Source: Desulfosoma sp.
GTDB lineage: Bacteria; Desulfobacterota; Syntrophobacteria; Syntrophobacterales; DSM-9756
Direction of reading: 5' to 3'
Assembly: GCA_037481835.1 (NCBI GenBank)
Contig: JBBFKW010000004.1
Location: forward strand, 110,569 to 174,568
Length of the DNA stretch: 64,000 nt
Below, in pieces: positions 17,784 through 27,575 of this stretch. Positions within the stretch are counted from its first letter, which is position 1; each line of letters starts with the position of its first letter. Below the pieces are notes generated by a model. That model did no database searches. It was not told where the DNA came from and worked only from the letters and a program-made list of their open reading frames with translations. The translations under genes and the position numbers were made by a program.

Positions 17784-18335
17784 ATGGAGGACGGGCTCAA
17801 GATCGGGGGTAAGCTTCGGCGGCTCCGCATGGAAAACGGCCTGACCCAGGAAGAGCTGGCCAATCGGGCCTATTTGACCAAGGGATTCATCTCCCAGCTG
17901 GAACGGGACCTCACATCCCCGTCCATTGCGACGCTCAAGAGCATCCTGGACGTGCTGGGGGTGGATCTGGCCGAGTTTTTCCAGGACATGCCGCGCCCCA
18001 CGGTGGTGGGCCGCAAGAAATCGCGCGTGCTCAGTTCCGAGTCCTCGGAGCGGTGCGCCATTTACTTTCTGCTGCCCCGGGCCATGGGCCGGGTCATGGA
18101 TCCCGTGATCGTGAGGATGCAGAAAGGGGGGCGAACCGTGGAGCACACGCCTCATGAAGGCGAGGAGTTCGGCTTCGTCATCAAGGGGTCGGTCACTTTG
18201 TGGTTCGACAACAAACCCCATCGGCTGAGCGTGGGGGATTGTTTCTATTTCAAGAGCTCCACCCGGCACTGGGTGGAAAATTCCGGCCGGGGCGAGGCGC
18301 ACATCCTTTGGGTGGTGAGCCAATCCCGGTTTTGA
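17784..18335 (+). CDS. XRE-family HTH plus cupin transcriptional regulator (PuuR-like)
   Basis: LTQEELA...TKGFISQLERDLTSPSI HTH; HEGEEFGFV cupin. Confidence 0.88.
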   Translation: MEDGLKIGGKLRRLRMENGLTQEELANRAYLTKGFISQLERDLTSPSIATLKSILDVLGVDLAEFFQDMPRPTVVGRKKSRVLSSESSERCAIYFLLPRAMGRVMDPVIVRMQKGGRTVEHTPHEGEEFGFVIKGSVTLWFDNKPHRLSVGDCFYFKSSTRHWVENSGRGEAHILWVVSQSRF

Positions 18336-18421
18336 GGCTCTGGAGCGCGGAGAAATGAAGGCCATGACCGGGGCTTCGGGCTTCCGGTTCGATCCATCGC
18401 GAGGGCGGGGAGGTGCACGAC

Positions 18422-18871
18422 ATGAACACGAAAAAACCGGAATTTGGCTTCGGGGTCCATCTCATGCTGGACGGGTACGGATGCGATCCCGAGCTTTTGC
18501 AGGACATCAACGGAATTTACAATTTCTTGGACGAGTATCCCCAAGAAATGGACATGACCAAGATCATGCCGCCCTATGTGTTTCGCTACAGCGGGGCCGT
18601 TCCTGAGGATTGGGGCATTTCCGGTTTCGTGCTCATTGCTGAAAGTCATATCAGCATCCACACCTTCCCCGAGAAGAGGTATCTCAGCTTGGACATGTTT
18701 TCGTGCAAGCCTTTTGATACCGACAAAGCGGTGGCCGCCGTCAAGGAACGTTTCCGCATCCAAAAATGCGAAATCAACGTCCTGGACCGAGGACAGGAAT
18801 TTCCCAATACCATTGAGGATTCCACGCACGTGGTGCGCATGGACCGGATGCTTCGCCAGCGAAGCCGCTGA
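18422..18871 (+). CDS. speD: Pyruvoyl-dependent S-adenosylmethionine decarboxylase proenzyme family
   Basis: GVHLMLD, LIAESHISIHTFPE self-cleavage motif, DMFSCK; GGAGGT RBS before ATG 18422. Confidence 0.88.
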   Translation: MNTKKPEFGFGVHLMLDGYGCDPELLQDINGIYNFLDEYPQEMDMTKIMPPYVFRYSGAVPEDWGISGFVLIAESHISIHTFPEKRYLSLDMFSCKPFDTDKAVAAVKERFRIQKCEINVLDRGQEFPNTIEDSTHVVRMDRMLRQRSR

Positions 18872-18880
18872 TCTTTATCT

Positions 18881-19798
18881 ATGAGCACGGAAAAACATGC
18901 TTTGGGGATCGAGGTGCTCCGTTACCTCGGTCCCTGTTCGTCTTTTTTGGGCCTGAGCGAATACGCCCGCCCTGTGGAAGAGGCGCGGGCCGTCCTCGTG
19001 GCGGCCCCCTACGACGGCACCACCACGTTCAAGGCCGGCACCCGCGAAGGCCCCCGGGCGATCCTGTGGGCCTCGCGCGAATTGGAATGCTACGAAGAAG
19101 ACACCGAAACGGAACCCTACCGACACGGCATCGCCACCTTGGGGGAGCTCAATGTCACGGCCGCCTCCCCTCAGGAGATGGTGGAAAGAGTCCGCCGGGT
19201 CGGGGAGGCTCTTTTCAAGGCCGGCAAAATCCCGGTGTTGCTCGGCGGCGAACACCTCTTGTCTTTGGGCATGATTCAAGCCGCGGCGGCGGCTTTTAAC
19301 CCCTTGACGGTCCTCCACCTGGATGCACACCCCGATCTTCGGGATTCCTACCAGGACACGGCCTACAGCAACGCCTGCGTCATGCACCATGTGCTGGACC
19401 TGGCGGATCTCGTGCAGGTGGGGCTTCGGTCCATGACCCGGCAAGAGCACCGGCTCATTCGAGAGCGAGGCATCCCGGCCTTTTTCGCCGAAGAGGTCGT
19501 GCGGGGCGGCGATGCGGTAGTCACTCGGATCGTGGAGGGCTTAGGGCCCAACGTGTACGTGAGCATCGACTTGGATGTTTTGGACCCTTCGGTCATGCCC
19601 GCCGTGGGGACGCCTGAGCCCGGAGGGTTGGGCTGGTACGACCTCTTGGCCCTCCTTCGCGCCGTCACGGTCCGATGCCGCGTGGTGGGCTTCGACGTCA
19701 TGGAATTGTGCCCCATCCCCGGCATGGTCGCCCCGGACTTCCTTGCGGCCCGATTGGTTCATAAGATTCTCGCCTATATTTTTCTAGACAAGAAATGA
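18881..19798 (+). CDS. speB: Agmatinase / ureohydrolase
   Basis: GGEH, DAHPD, SIDLDVLDP, GTPEPGG and DVME motifs. Confidence 0.88.
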   Translation: MSTEKHALGIEVLRYLGPCSSFLGLSEYARPVEEARAVLVAAPYDGTTTFKAGTREGPRAILWASRELECYEEDTETEPYRHGIATLGELNVTAASPQEMVERVRRVGEALFKAGKIPVLLGGEHLLSLGMIQAAAAAFNPLTVLHLDAHPDLRDSYQDTAYSNACVMHHVLDLADLVQVGLRSMTRQEHRLIRERGIPAFFAEEVVRGGDAVVTRIVEGLGPNVYVSIDLDVLDPSVMPAVGTPEPGGLGWYDLLALLRAVTVRCRVVGFDVMELCPIPGMVAPDFLAARLVHKILAYIFLDKK

Positions 19799-19890
19799 AG
19801 GCGCTTGTTAGATTTTTGCAACTCCATGCCACATGCCGGTCGGGGCTCATCCGTGGCCACAGTCCGATGTTTTGAGGTTGAGGGAACGAT

Positions 19891-20760
19891 TTGGAAGAGG
19901 AATCTGCCAAAGGCTTGTCGCGCTGGCTGAAAAAGGCTCTGCGTCGCCTCTCGCGGATCGACAAACCCAAGGATCTTGAAAAAGAGATCCAGCAGCTCAT
20001 CGATGAGGGGGAAGAACGCGGGCTGATTTCCGAAGACGAAGGGGAAATGATCCAGGGGATCTTTTCCTTTCGGGACACGGTGGCCCGCGAGGTCATGGTG
20101 CCGAGAACCGACACGGTGGCCGCGCCGGACGAATCCTCCGTGGAATCCCTCATCGCCCTTATCGTGGAATCGGGCCATTCCCGAATCCCCATCTATCAGG
20201 ATTCCATCGACAACATCATCGGCATCTTGCACGCCAAGGACCTCTTGCAGCACTGGGGCAAGACCGACCTGGACCTGCGCACCATCCTCAGGCCTCCGTA
20301 TTTCATCCCCGAAAGCAAGAAAATCAGCGAAGTGCTCCGGGATCTTCGGCACCGCAAGTCCCACATGGCCATCGTCATCGACGAATACGGCGGCACGGCC
20401 GGTGTGCTCACCATGGAAGACATCATCGAAGAGATCATCGGCGACATCATGGATGAGTACGACGCCGAAGAAAACTGGCTGGTGGAACAGGAAGACGGTT
20501 CCATCCTCGTGGACGCCCGGCTGGATGTGGAGGAATTGGAGGATTACCTGGATATGGAATTTCCCGAGGGGAAGTTCGAATCCGTCGGCGGCTTCATCAT
20601 CAGCCGACTGGGCCGGGTGCCGGCCGTCCATGAAAAGGTTCTGTTCAAGAACCTGGAAATGATCGTGGAGGCCGCCGACAGCCGAAAGGTGGAAAAAGTC
20701 CGCATCCGCCGCCGCGAAGGTGCTCTCGACAACTCCGAAGCGTCGGAATCGTCCCACTGA
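19891..20760 (+). CDS. corC: CorC/HlyC-family CBS-domain protein
   Basis: VMVPR, GHSRIP, IDEYGG, MEDIIEEIIGDI and C-terminal CorC domain; upstream of lnt. Confidence 0.88.
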   Translation: MEEESAKGLSRWLKKALRRLSRIDKPKDLEKEIQQLIDEGEERGLISEDEGEMIQGIFSFRDTVAREVMVPRTDTVAAPDESSVESLIALIVESGHSRIPIYQDSIDNIIGILHAKDLLQHWGKTDLDLRTILRPPYFIPESKKISEVLRDLRHRKSHMAIVIDEYGGTAGVLTMEDIIEEIIGDIMDEYDAEENWLVEQEDGSILVDARLDVEELEDYLDMEFPEGKFESVGGFIISRLGRVPAVHEKVLFKNLEMIVEAADSRKVEKVRIRRREGALDNSEASESSH

Positions 20761-20775
20761 GGGGGAGTCCGTCCT

Positions 20776-22338
20776 TTGATCGCCGTGCTCACTTCCCCCT
20801 GGACGGCCGCCGTGACAACGGGGCTGTTGCTCACCGCCGGCTTTCCTTTTTTCAACGTGTCGGGAGCAAGCTGGATCGCTCTCATCCCCCTTCTGGCCCG
20901 CATCGGGCACATGCCTCTGCGAACCGCTTTTCGTGCGGGTTTTGCCGCCGGGTTTGTCCACAACCTGACAGCCCTTTACTGGATCACCTACGTGGTCACC
21001 CATTACGGAGACCTGCCGTTGCCGGTCTCCGCCGCGGTGCTGTGCCTCTTGTGCGCCTACCTGGCCCTTTACCCGGCCGTCTTTTTCGCCGCGGCACGGC
21101 GCTGGAGGGCCTCGTCCGGACTTTGGCTCTGGGGACTTCCGTGCCTTTGGATCGCCTTGGAATGGGTCCGCGCCCACGCTCTCACGGGCTTTCCCTGGAC
21201 CAACGTGGGCTACACGCAGACCGCCGTGGAACCGCTGCTGCAGACGGCGGACATCGCCGGGGTCTACGGCGCCGGATGGCTCGTCATCCTCGGAAACACC
21301 CTCCTGGCGGGGCTCCTCATGCGGAAGGTCGGCTGGCGTTCGTGTGCGGCCGTCGCCCTGTGTTTTGCCCTCTTTTTCGGATACGGGGCATGGAGAGGCC
21401 AAAACCTCAGAAAAAGCGCCCCCCATGCGGCCCCCTCCCTGCGGGTCGCCCTCATCCAGGGCAATATCGATCAATCCGTCAAATGGGATCCCGCCTTTCA
21501 ACAAAGAACCCTGGAAATTTATCGGGACCTTTCGCAAGCGGCGATCCAGGACAATCCTCCGGATCTTCTCATCTGGCCTGAAACGGCGGCCCCTTTCTTC
21601 TACGGCTTGGAAGAGACCCCCACCCGAATGCTCCACGATATCGCCGCCTCCCTGAACGTGCCGACGGTTTTGGGCATCCCGTGGGTCGTTTCCGACGGCT
21701 CCGCGGTGCGTTTGCAAAACCGCGCCGTGCTTTTTCATCCCACGGAAGGGATCGTCGCCGCTTATGCCAAGCGCCACCTCGTTCCCTTCGGGGAATACGT
21801 GCCGCTGAAACGCCTGCTTTTTTTCGTGGAAAAGCTCGTCGCCGCCGCGGGGGATTTCGTCCCGGGGACAAGTCCGGCGGTTTTTGCTTTCAAGGACGCC
21901 CCCTTCGGGGTGCTCATCTGCTATGAGGCCATCTTCCCGGAACTGGCTCGAGACGCGGTGCGCCACGGAGCCCGTTTTCTCGTGAACCTCACCAACGACA
22001 GCTGGTTCGGGAGGACGGCCGCCCCCTTCCAGCACCTGGAAATCGCCCGCTGGCGTTCTGTGGAATGCCGCGTTCCGCTGGTGCGCTGCGCCAACACGGG
22101 GATCAGCGCCGCCTTCGACGCGGAAGGGAAAACTTTGGCGTCCCTTCCCCTCAATGTGGCCGGAACCGCTGCCGCCGACATCGTCCCCGGAAAAGACGCC
22201 CCCACCTTTTACGTGCGCTACGGGGATCTCTTCGCATGGATCTGCACCTTGACGGCGCTCCTCTGTGTCGTGTATGGGGAGCGGGCCCGAAGGGCACGGC
22301 GGTCCGTCCCGCGAAAAGGGAATCGCATCTCTCTGTGA
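20776..22338 (+). CDS. lnt: Apolipoprotein N-acyltransferase
   Basis: TM N-terminus, TGFPW, QGNI, WPE, KRHLVPFGEY, ICYE, TNDSWF and ANTGIS. Confidence 0.95.
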   Translation: MIAVLTSPWTAAVTTGLLLTAGFPFFNVSGASWIALIPLLARIGHMPLRTAFRAGFAAGFVHNLTALYWITYVVTHYGDLPLPVSAAVLCLLCAYLALYPAVFFAAARRWRASSGLWLWGLPCLWIALEWVRAHALTGFPWTNVGYTQTAVEPLLQTADIAGVYGAGWLVILGNTLLAGLLMRKVGWRSCAAVALCFALFFGYGAWRGQNLRKSAPHAAPSLRVALIQGNIDQSVKWDPAFQQRTLEIYRDLSQAAIQDNPPDLLIWPETAAPFFYGLEETPTRMLHDIAASLNVPTVLGIPWVVSDGSAVRLQNRAVLFHPTEGIVAAYAKRHLVPFGEYVPLKRLLFFVEKLVAAAGDFVPGTSPAVFAFKDAPFGVLICYEAIFPELARDAVRHGARFLVNLTNDSWFGRTAAPFQHLEIARWRSVECRVPLVRCANTGISAAFDAEGKTLASLPLNVAGTAAADIVPGKDAPTFYVRYGDLFAWICTLTALLCVVYGERARRARRSVPRKGNRISL

Positions 22339-22405
22339 GACGCCGCCGAAATCTGATATGAAAAAAGAAAATAACGCGCCCTCACCGGGCCGCAAGGAGG
22401 GACCC

Positions 22406-23564
22406 ATGATCATCGACACCACGGAAATCCGAAGCTCCATGAAGGAATTGCTGCAGAGGGTAGACACCTTGGGAGGCTATCTTTGACATCCCGGGCAAAC
22501 GCACCCGCCTTCAAGAATTGGATCGGCTCATGGCCCGGCAGGACTTCTGGGACGATCCGGAAAAATCCAAGGAGGTCCTCAAAGAACGGGCCCAGCTGTC
22601 GGAAATCGTCTCGGAATTCGACGCCCTGAAAACGGAACTGGAAGACAACGAGCTCCTTCTGGACCTGGCCGTTGAAGAAAACGACGGGGACGCCCTCCAG
22701 GAGGTTGCCCGCAAGGCCAAAGAGCTCCACAAGAAGATCAAAGCGCTGGAAGTGCGCCAGATGCTCGGCGGAGAAAACGACCGGCGCAACGCCATCGTGA
22801 GCATCAACGCGGGCGCCGGCGGCACGGAAGCTCAGGACTGGGCGGAGATGCTCCTGCGCATGTACCTGAGATGGTGCGAGCGGCGCGGTTTCCAGACCGA
22901 CGTGGTGGATCTCCTCGAGGGCGAAGAGGCGGGGATCAAGAGCGCCACCTTCACCGTTTCCGGCCCCTACGCCTACGGGCTGCTCAAGGGGGAATCCGGC
23001 GTCCATCGGCTGGTGCGCATTTCGCCTTTCGACGCCAGCGGGCGCCGCCACACCTCCTTCGCCGCCGTGTTCGTCTACCCCGAAGTGGACGATTCCATCG
23101 TCATCGACATCAAGCCCTCGGACCTCCACGTGGAAACCTATCGGTCCAGCGGCGCCGGCGGCCAGCACGTGAACAAGACGAGTTCGGCCGTGCGCATCAC
23201 CCACATCCCTACGGGGATCGTCGTCCAGTGCCAAAACGAAAGGTCCCAGCACCGCAATCGGGACATCGCCATGAAGGTCCTCAGGGCACGGCTCTACGAA
23301 AGGGAACTCCAGAAAAAGCAGGCGGAAATGCAGGAACTGCACGATAACCTGGACGACATCGCCTGGGGCAATCAGATCCGTTCCTACGTCCTTCAGCCCT
23401 ACCGCTTGGTCAAGGACCACAGGACCCAGGTGGAAAAAGGCAACGTGGACAGCGTCCTGGACGGCGAACTGGACGAGTTCATGGAAGCGTTCCTCTTCCA
23501 GCAGCTTCACGCCAAGTCCGGAACCTCCACCAGCGCCGCCGCCGGAGCCGCCCCCGCCAACTGA
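22406..23564 (+). CDS. prfB: Peptide chain release factor 2, expressed by programmed +1 frameshift
   Basis: Short ORF from ATG 22406 (AAGGAGG RBS) ends in CTT-TGA-C; the +1 frame continues with GTEAQDW, SPF and GGQ motifs. Confidence 0.96.
22472..22487 (+). other. prfB +1 ribosomal frameshift site
   Basis: GGAGG-CTAT-CTT-TGA-C: internal SD plus slippery CTT and in-frame stop. Confidence 0.93.
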
Positions 23565-23599
23565 AAACTCCCATCCCCCGACGTGCCCTCACCGGCACG

Positions 23600-25627
23600 T
23601 CATACGATCTGCACGCGCAGCACGTCGTCCCGCGGGTTCAGGCGCTCGATTTTGAGGCGCACCATTTCCCCGGCTGTCACGGCCTGTTCCTGCGGCAGCG
23701 GCGCGTGGACTTCCATGAGGAAATCGGGCAGCAGCAGATAGGCGAATCTGGCATTCTTGTCCAGGACGATGGCATTGAGGCTTTGGATATCTTCCTGTTC
23801 CAGGTATCGGAGGATCCAGTAGCGGGTCCATTTGCGATGGACGAAGGCCACTTTGCCGAGCTGCACGCGGATGTGGGTGAGGATTTTTTCCAGCACGTCT
23901 TCCGCATAAGCGGGGCGGCCTTCGCTGAGGGCCGTCTTGATCTGGCGCTGGACCACCAAATCGGTGTAGCGGCGAATGGGGGAGGTCACCGTGGTGTAGG
24001 GGTTCATGCCCAGGCTGCAATGCGGTCCCGGCCGCGTCTCCAGTTCGGCCCGTGCGAATAGGCGTCGCTGCCGATAAATGTGGAAGATGGGATAGTCGCT
24101 TTGCACCTGATCCGTTTCCGGCCGGCATTCCGCCTGGCAGCGGTAGATGGCCGGCAGGTCCTTTTCCGCCAGGTAGGCGGCGGCGAGGCCGTTGGCGGCG
24201 ATCATCCATTCGGAGACGATGATCTGGCTGGGATTTTCCTTTTCGTAGCGCACGAGCTGGATCATGCCGTGGTCGTTGACGCTGATGTGGATTTCCGGAA
24301 GGGGCAGGAGCACCGCGCCCCGCTCCCGGCGCTGTTCCCTCAGGCGTTCGCTGAGGTGGAACAGGGCCTTGAACGTGGGGTCGGTTTCCACCAATCGGTC
24401 CACCTGCTCATAGGTCAGCCGTCTCGAGACGCGCACGACCCCCGGAAGGATTTTCCAGGCGTGGATCCACCCCGAAGCGTCCACTTCCATGACAAAGCTC
24501 AGGGTCGCCCTGTCTTTTTCCGGGCACAGACTGCAGGCTTCTTCCGAAAGAGACGGCGGGAGCATGGGGATGCGCCGATCCGGCAAGTAGATGGAGGTCA
24601 CCCGGGAGGCCGCCTCCCGATCAACGGGATCATCCATATCCACAAAGTGGGCGGCATCGGCGATGTGGACCCCCACCTCCCAACGATCCTCCCCCAAAGG
24701 CCGAAAGCTCAAGGCGTCGTCCAGGTCCCGGGTCGAGGCGCTGTCGATGGTGAAGGCTTCGTAGGAGCGGAAATCGGCGCGTTCTTCTCCGACCGTGATG
24801 CGCTGCAGCCGATCTTTCCCGGCCTCGGCCGCATGGAGGATCTCCGGGGCAAAATCCGTGGCCAGGCCCTGCTGGTGCAAATAAAGATTTTCGTTTTCCG
24901 ACCAGACCCCCAAGCGCACGAGAAACCGAAAGGCCGCGCCCTGTTGAGCGGGTATTCCGGAGCGGCCGAAGAGCTCTTTGACGAATGATGCACTTTCCGC
25001 ATCCTGGCCGAAGAGGCAGAATTCCTTGATTTTTTCGACAATGTCCTCATTGAAGATGTCGTAGCGGGCGCCGGGTTTCGCCTGCATGACACGACGCACC
25101 CACTGGGCACCTTCTTCCAGCAGGCGCTCCTTTCTGGCCTCCCGCTCCATGTCCTCACGGCGGCGTTCCACCTGCTCGGCCGTCCGAGCGGCGAACAATC
25201 CATCCTTGAATTGAAAGTACAAGCGGTCGGCGAGAAGGACGCGCTGCACGGCCGCCACGTGATCGTCGGTCACTACTGCGCCGGCGAAGACCAATTCGGC
25301 CAGATCCTGAGGGCTGTAGCCTTCGGGTTCGCCTTCCAGAACGGACCACAGTTCCGCCACGTCCACTTGAGCGGCCAGGGATTCGCGCTCGCCTCGGATT
25401 TTTTTGAGGGCCCGCACCAGGTCATCGCGGTTCTGCGCCGGGTTCAGCTTGGCTGGCGAGGCCGATACCACGCGGCGCATCACCAGGCTCATTTCCCGGT
25501 TGTTTTCCGTCAGCACGCTGAGTTTCTGGTCTTTGACGGCGAGACAGACGCCGAGGAGCAGTTCTTTGGCTTCGAAAAATTCCACCACCGTGCCGGGTGC
25601 CACCCCCGGCCATTCGGACTGGCTCAT
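23600..25627 (-). CDS. RNB-family exoribonuclease (RNase II/R-like)
   Basis: TIDSASTRDLDDALS, VHIAD, MIAAN and TSPIRRYTDL; start overlaps the amidase stop. Confidence 0.9.
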   Translation of the reverse strand: MSQSEWPGVAPGTVVEFFEAKELLLGVCLAVKDQKLSVLTENNREMSLVMRRVVSASPAKLNPAQNRDDLVRALKKIRGERESLAAQVDVAELWSVLEGEPEGYSPQDLAELVFAGAVVTDDHVAAVQRVLLADRLYFQFKDGLFAARTAEQVERRREDMEREARKERLLEEGAQWVRRVMQAKPGARYDIFNEDIVEKIKEFCLFGQDAESASFVKELFGRSGIPAQQGAAFRFLVRLGVWSENENLYLHQQGLATDFAPEILHAAEAGKDRLQRITVGEERADFRSYEAFTIDSASTRDLDDALSFRPLGEDRWEVGVHIADAAHFVDMDDPVDREAASRVTSIYLPDRRIPMLPPSLSEEACSLCPEKDRATLSFVMEVDASGWIHAWKILPGVVRVSRRLTYEQVDRLVETDPTFKALFHLSERLREQRRERGAVLLPLPEIHISVNDHGMIQLVRYEKENPSQIIVSEWMIAANGLAAAYLAEKDLPAIYRCQAECRPETDQVQSDYPIFHIYRQRRLFARAELETRPGPHCSLGMNPYTTVTSPIRRYTDLVVQRQIKTALSEGRPAYAEDVLEKILTHIRVQLGKVAFVHRKWTRYWILRYLEQEDIQSLNAIVLDKNARFAYLLLPDFLMEVHAPLPQEQAVTAGEMVRLKIERLNPRDDVLRVQIV

Positions 25628-27495
25628 GCCCCTTCCCCCAAACGACCGACCTGAGCCAGCCGATCCGTATACGAGCGAATACCCTGAGAAATGGCCCGCA
25701 CCAGTTCTTTCTGAAAAGCCGCGTCTCTCAGGAGCCGCTCTTCCTCTTCGTTGGAAATGAAACACGTCTCGATGAGGATGCTCGGCATCTGGGCGCCGAG
25801 CAGAACGTAAAAGGGCGCTTGCTTCACGCCCAGATCGCGCAGTTTGTGGCTGGATTCCAGGCGGCTCATGAGCCGTTGGTGCACCTCCCGGGCCAGGCGC
25901 GAGGATTCGTTGATCTTGGTGTTGCGCAACAACTCGTTCAAAATGGCCTCCAAGTCACTGATCTGCTTGGCAGAGGCGGCATTTTCCAAAGCGGCCACCC
26001 GCGCCGACTCTTTGTCCGTGGAAAAATTCAGAAAGTACGTTTCAACGCCGCCGAGACTCCGGTCCGTGTGGGCATTGGTGTGGATGGACAGGAAAAGGTC
26101 CGCCTTCTTGGTGTTGGCGATGGCCGTGCGTTCTTCCAGACTCACGGTCCGGTCCGAGTCTCGGGTGAGGATGACTTCGTAGCCGCCTTCCTTTTCCAAG
26201 ACTCTTTTCAACTGCTTGGCCAAGGCCAGGGTGACGTCCTTTTCGTAGAGCCCCCCGGGGCCGATGGCGCCTTTGTCCTTGCCGCCGTGACCGGGGTCGA
26301 TGACGATGCGCCGCACTGTAAGACCCAGCTGCTCCACCATGCTGGGCATGTCCTTCTTGATGACGGGCCGGGCCTGGGCCGGGGATGCAGGGGGCTGAGC
26401 CGGGGCCGCAGGGGCCGGCGGGGATTGAGAAACCGGAGGCGAGGCCGCCGATGCGGTGGCAGGCCGCCCCGCGCCAGGGGGCGCCTCCGTTTTCCTCTTG
26501 CCCTGCACATCAATCACAACGCGAAAAGGATCGGCCAGGGAAAAGACCCGAAAAGAATCCATGGACTGGAGATCCAGCACCACCCGGGTCTTGTCGTCGG
26601 CGGACGATTCCACGCGCACGTCTTGCAGCAATCCGTCCATGATGGAAATCATGGGCTTCAGTTTGGGCCGGACAGCGCAGCGCTCCAGATCCAGAGCGAT
26701 TCGTGTCGGTTTTTTTTCCTTCGGTTCCGCGGGCAACACGGAGCGGCTGTAGCGCACGGGGCCGTTTAAGTAGACGACCACGCGGGAGTATTCGTCGGCG
26801 GACCAGTGCTGGATCTTTTCCAAAACGGCTTGAGGCGTTTCCCGGGACGGCGCCCCAGCAGGCTCCCGGGTGTCCTTGGGTTTCTTGTCCCCGGCGGAGC
26901 GTTCTGGGGGAGGGGCGGCCTTTTCGTCTCCAGCCGTTGGCCTCTGCGCTCCCGAGGGGGCGGCGGACCGGGCGGCCAAAGCCTCGGCTTTTTGGCGAGC
27001 CCGCGCCGTGAGATCACCCTGGGGAAACAAGACGACGACTCGCGAAAATTCCAGGTACGCCTCGGCCGGGTCTTGAGCTTCCAGGAGGATTCCGGAAAGA
27101 AAGAGAGCATCATCGGCCAAGGGGCTCTGGGGGAAACGAACGGCCACCTGCTTGTAATAGCTCAAAGCCTTCTTGGCATCGTCCTCCGAATGGCGGGCAT
27201 CGTAGAGGTGATGATAGGATTGGGCGATCATGAAAAGGCACCGGTCCGCCAGCCGCTGTTGAGCGTCGTCCCGGAGAATCCCTTCGAATTTTTTGATGTT
27301 CTTTTGGAACAGCACCTGGTTTTCCGGAACATCCAGCCGCCCCAAGAGTCTTTGGTATTCGCGGCGCGCTTCGGCATAGCGGCCGTCCATGTCGCCCTGG
27401 GCGCCCATGACCGCCAAAGGGCACAGCACCCCCAACGCCACGGCCAAAGCCGGGACCCATCGCAGGAGTTGCGGCTTCCTCGGCGCTCCCTTCAT
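25624..27495 (-). CDS. N-acetylmuramoyl-L-alanine amidase with TPR-like and AMIN domains
   Basis: Signal peptide; FPQSPLADDAL TPR-like repeat; RVVLDL AMIN; IDPGHGGKD, SIHTN and LIE Amidase_3 motifs. Confidence 0.92.
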   Translation of the reverse strand: MKGAPRKPQLLRWVPALAVALGVLCPLAVMGAQGDMDGRYAEARREYQRLLGRLDVPENQVLFQKNIKKFEGILRDDAQQRLADRCLFMIAQSYHHLYDARHSEDDAKKALSYYKQVAVRFPQSPLADDALFLSGILLEAQDPAEAYLEFSRVVVLFPQGDLTARARQKAEALAARSAAPSGAQRPTAGDEKAAPPPERSAGDKKPKDTREPAGAPSRETPQAVLEKIQHWSADEYSRVVVYLNGPVRYSRSVLPAEPKEKKPTRIALDLERCAVRPKLKPMISIMDGLLQDVRVESSADDKTRVVLDLQSMDSFRVFSLADPFRVVIDVQGKRKTEAPPGAGRPATASAASPPVSQSPPAPAAPAQPPASPAQARPVIKKDMPSMVEQLGLTVRRIVIDPGHGGKDKGAIGPGGLYEKDVTLALAKQLKRVLEKEGGYEVILTRDSDRTVSLEERTAIANTKKADLFLSIHTNAHTDRSLGGVETYFLNFSTDKESARVAALENAASAKQISDLEAILNELLRNTKINESSRLAREVHQRLMSRLESSHKLRDLGVKQAPFYVLLGAQMPSILIETCFISNEEEERLLRDAAFQKELVRAISQGIRSYTDRLAQVGRLGEGA

Positions 27496-27575
27496 GGCAC
27501 TCCTCCCCCATCGACTCCCTCACAATGACACGAACCGCTGCGGCCGTGCAAGATGATCCGCCCTGTGACGCAGCC

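Noticed and set aside
19774..22467. 897-aa minus-strand ORF
   Set aside because: Antisense shadow of corC/lnt.
22265..22517. prfB as a pseudogene or split gene
   Set aside because: The canonical programmed frameshift explains the break.
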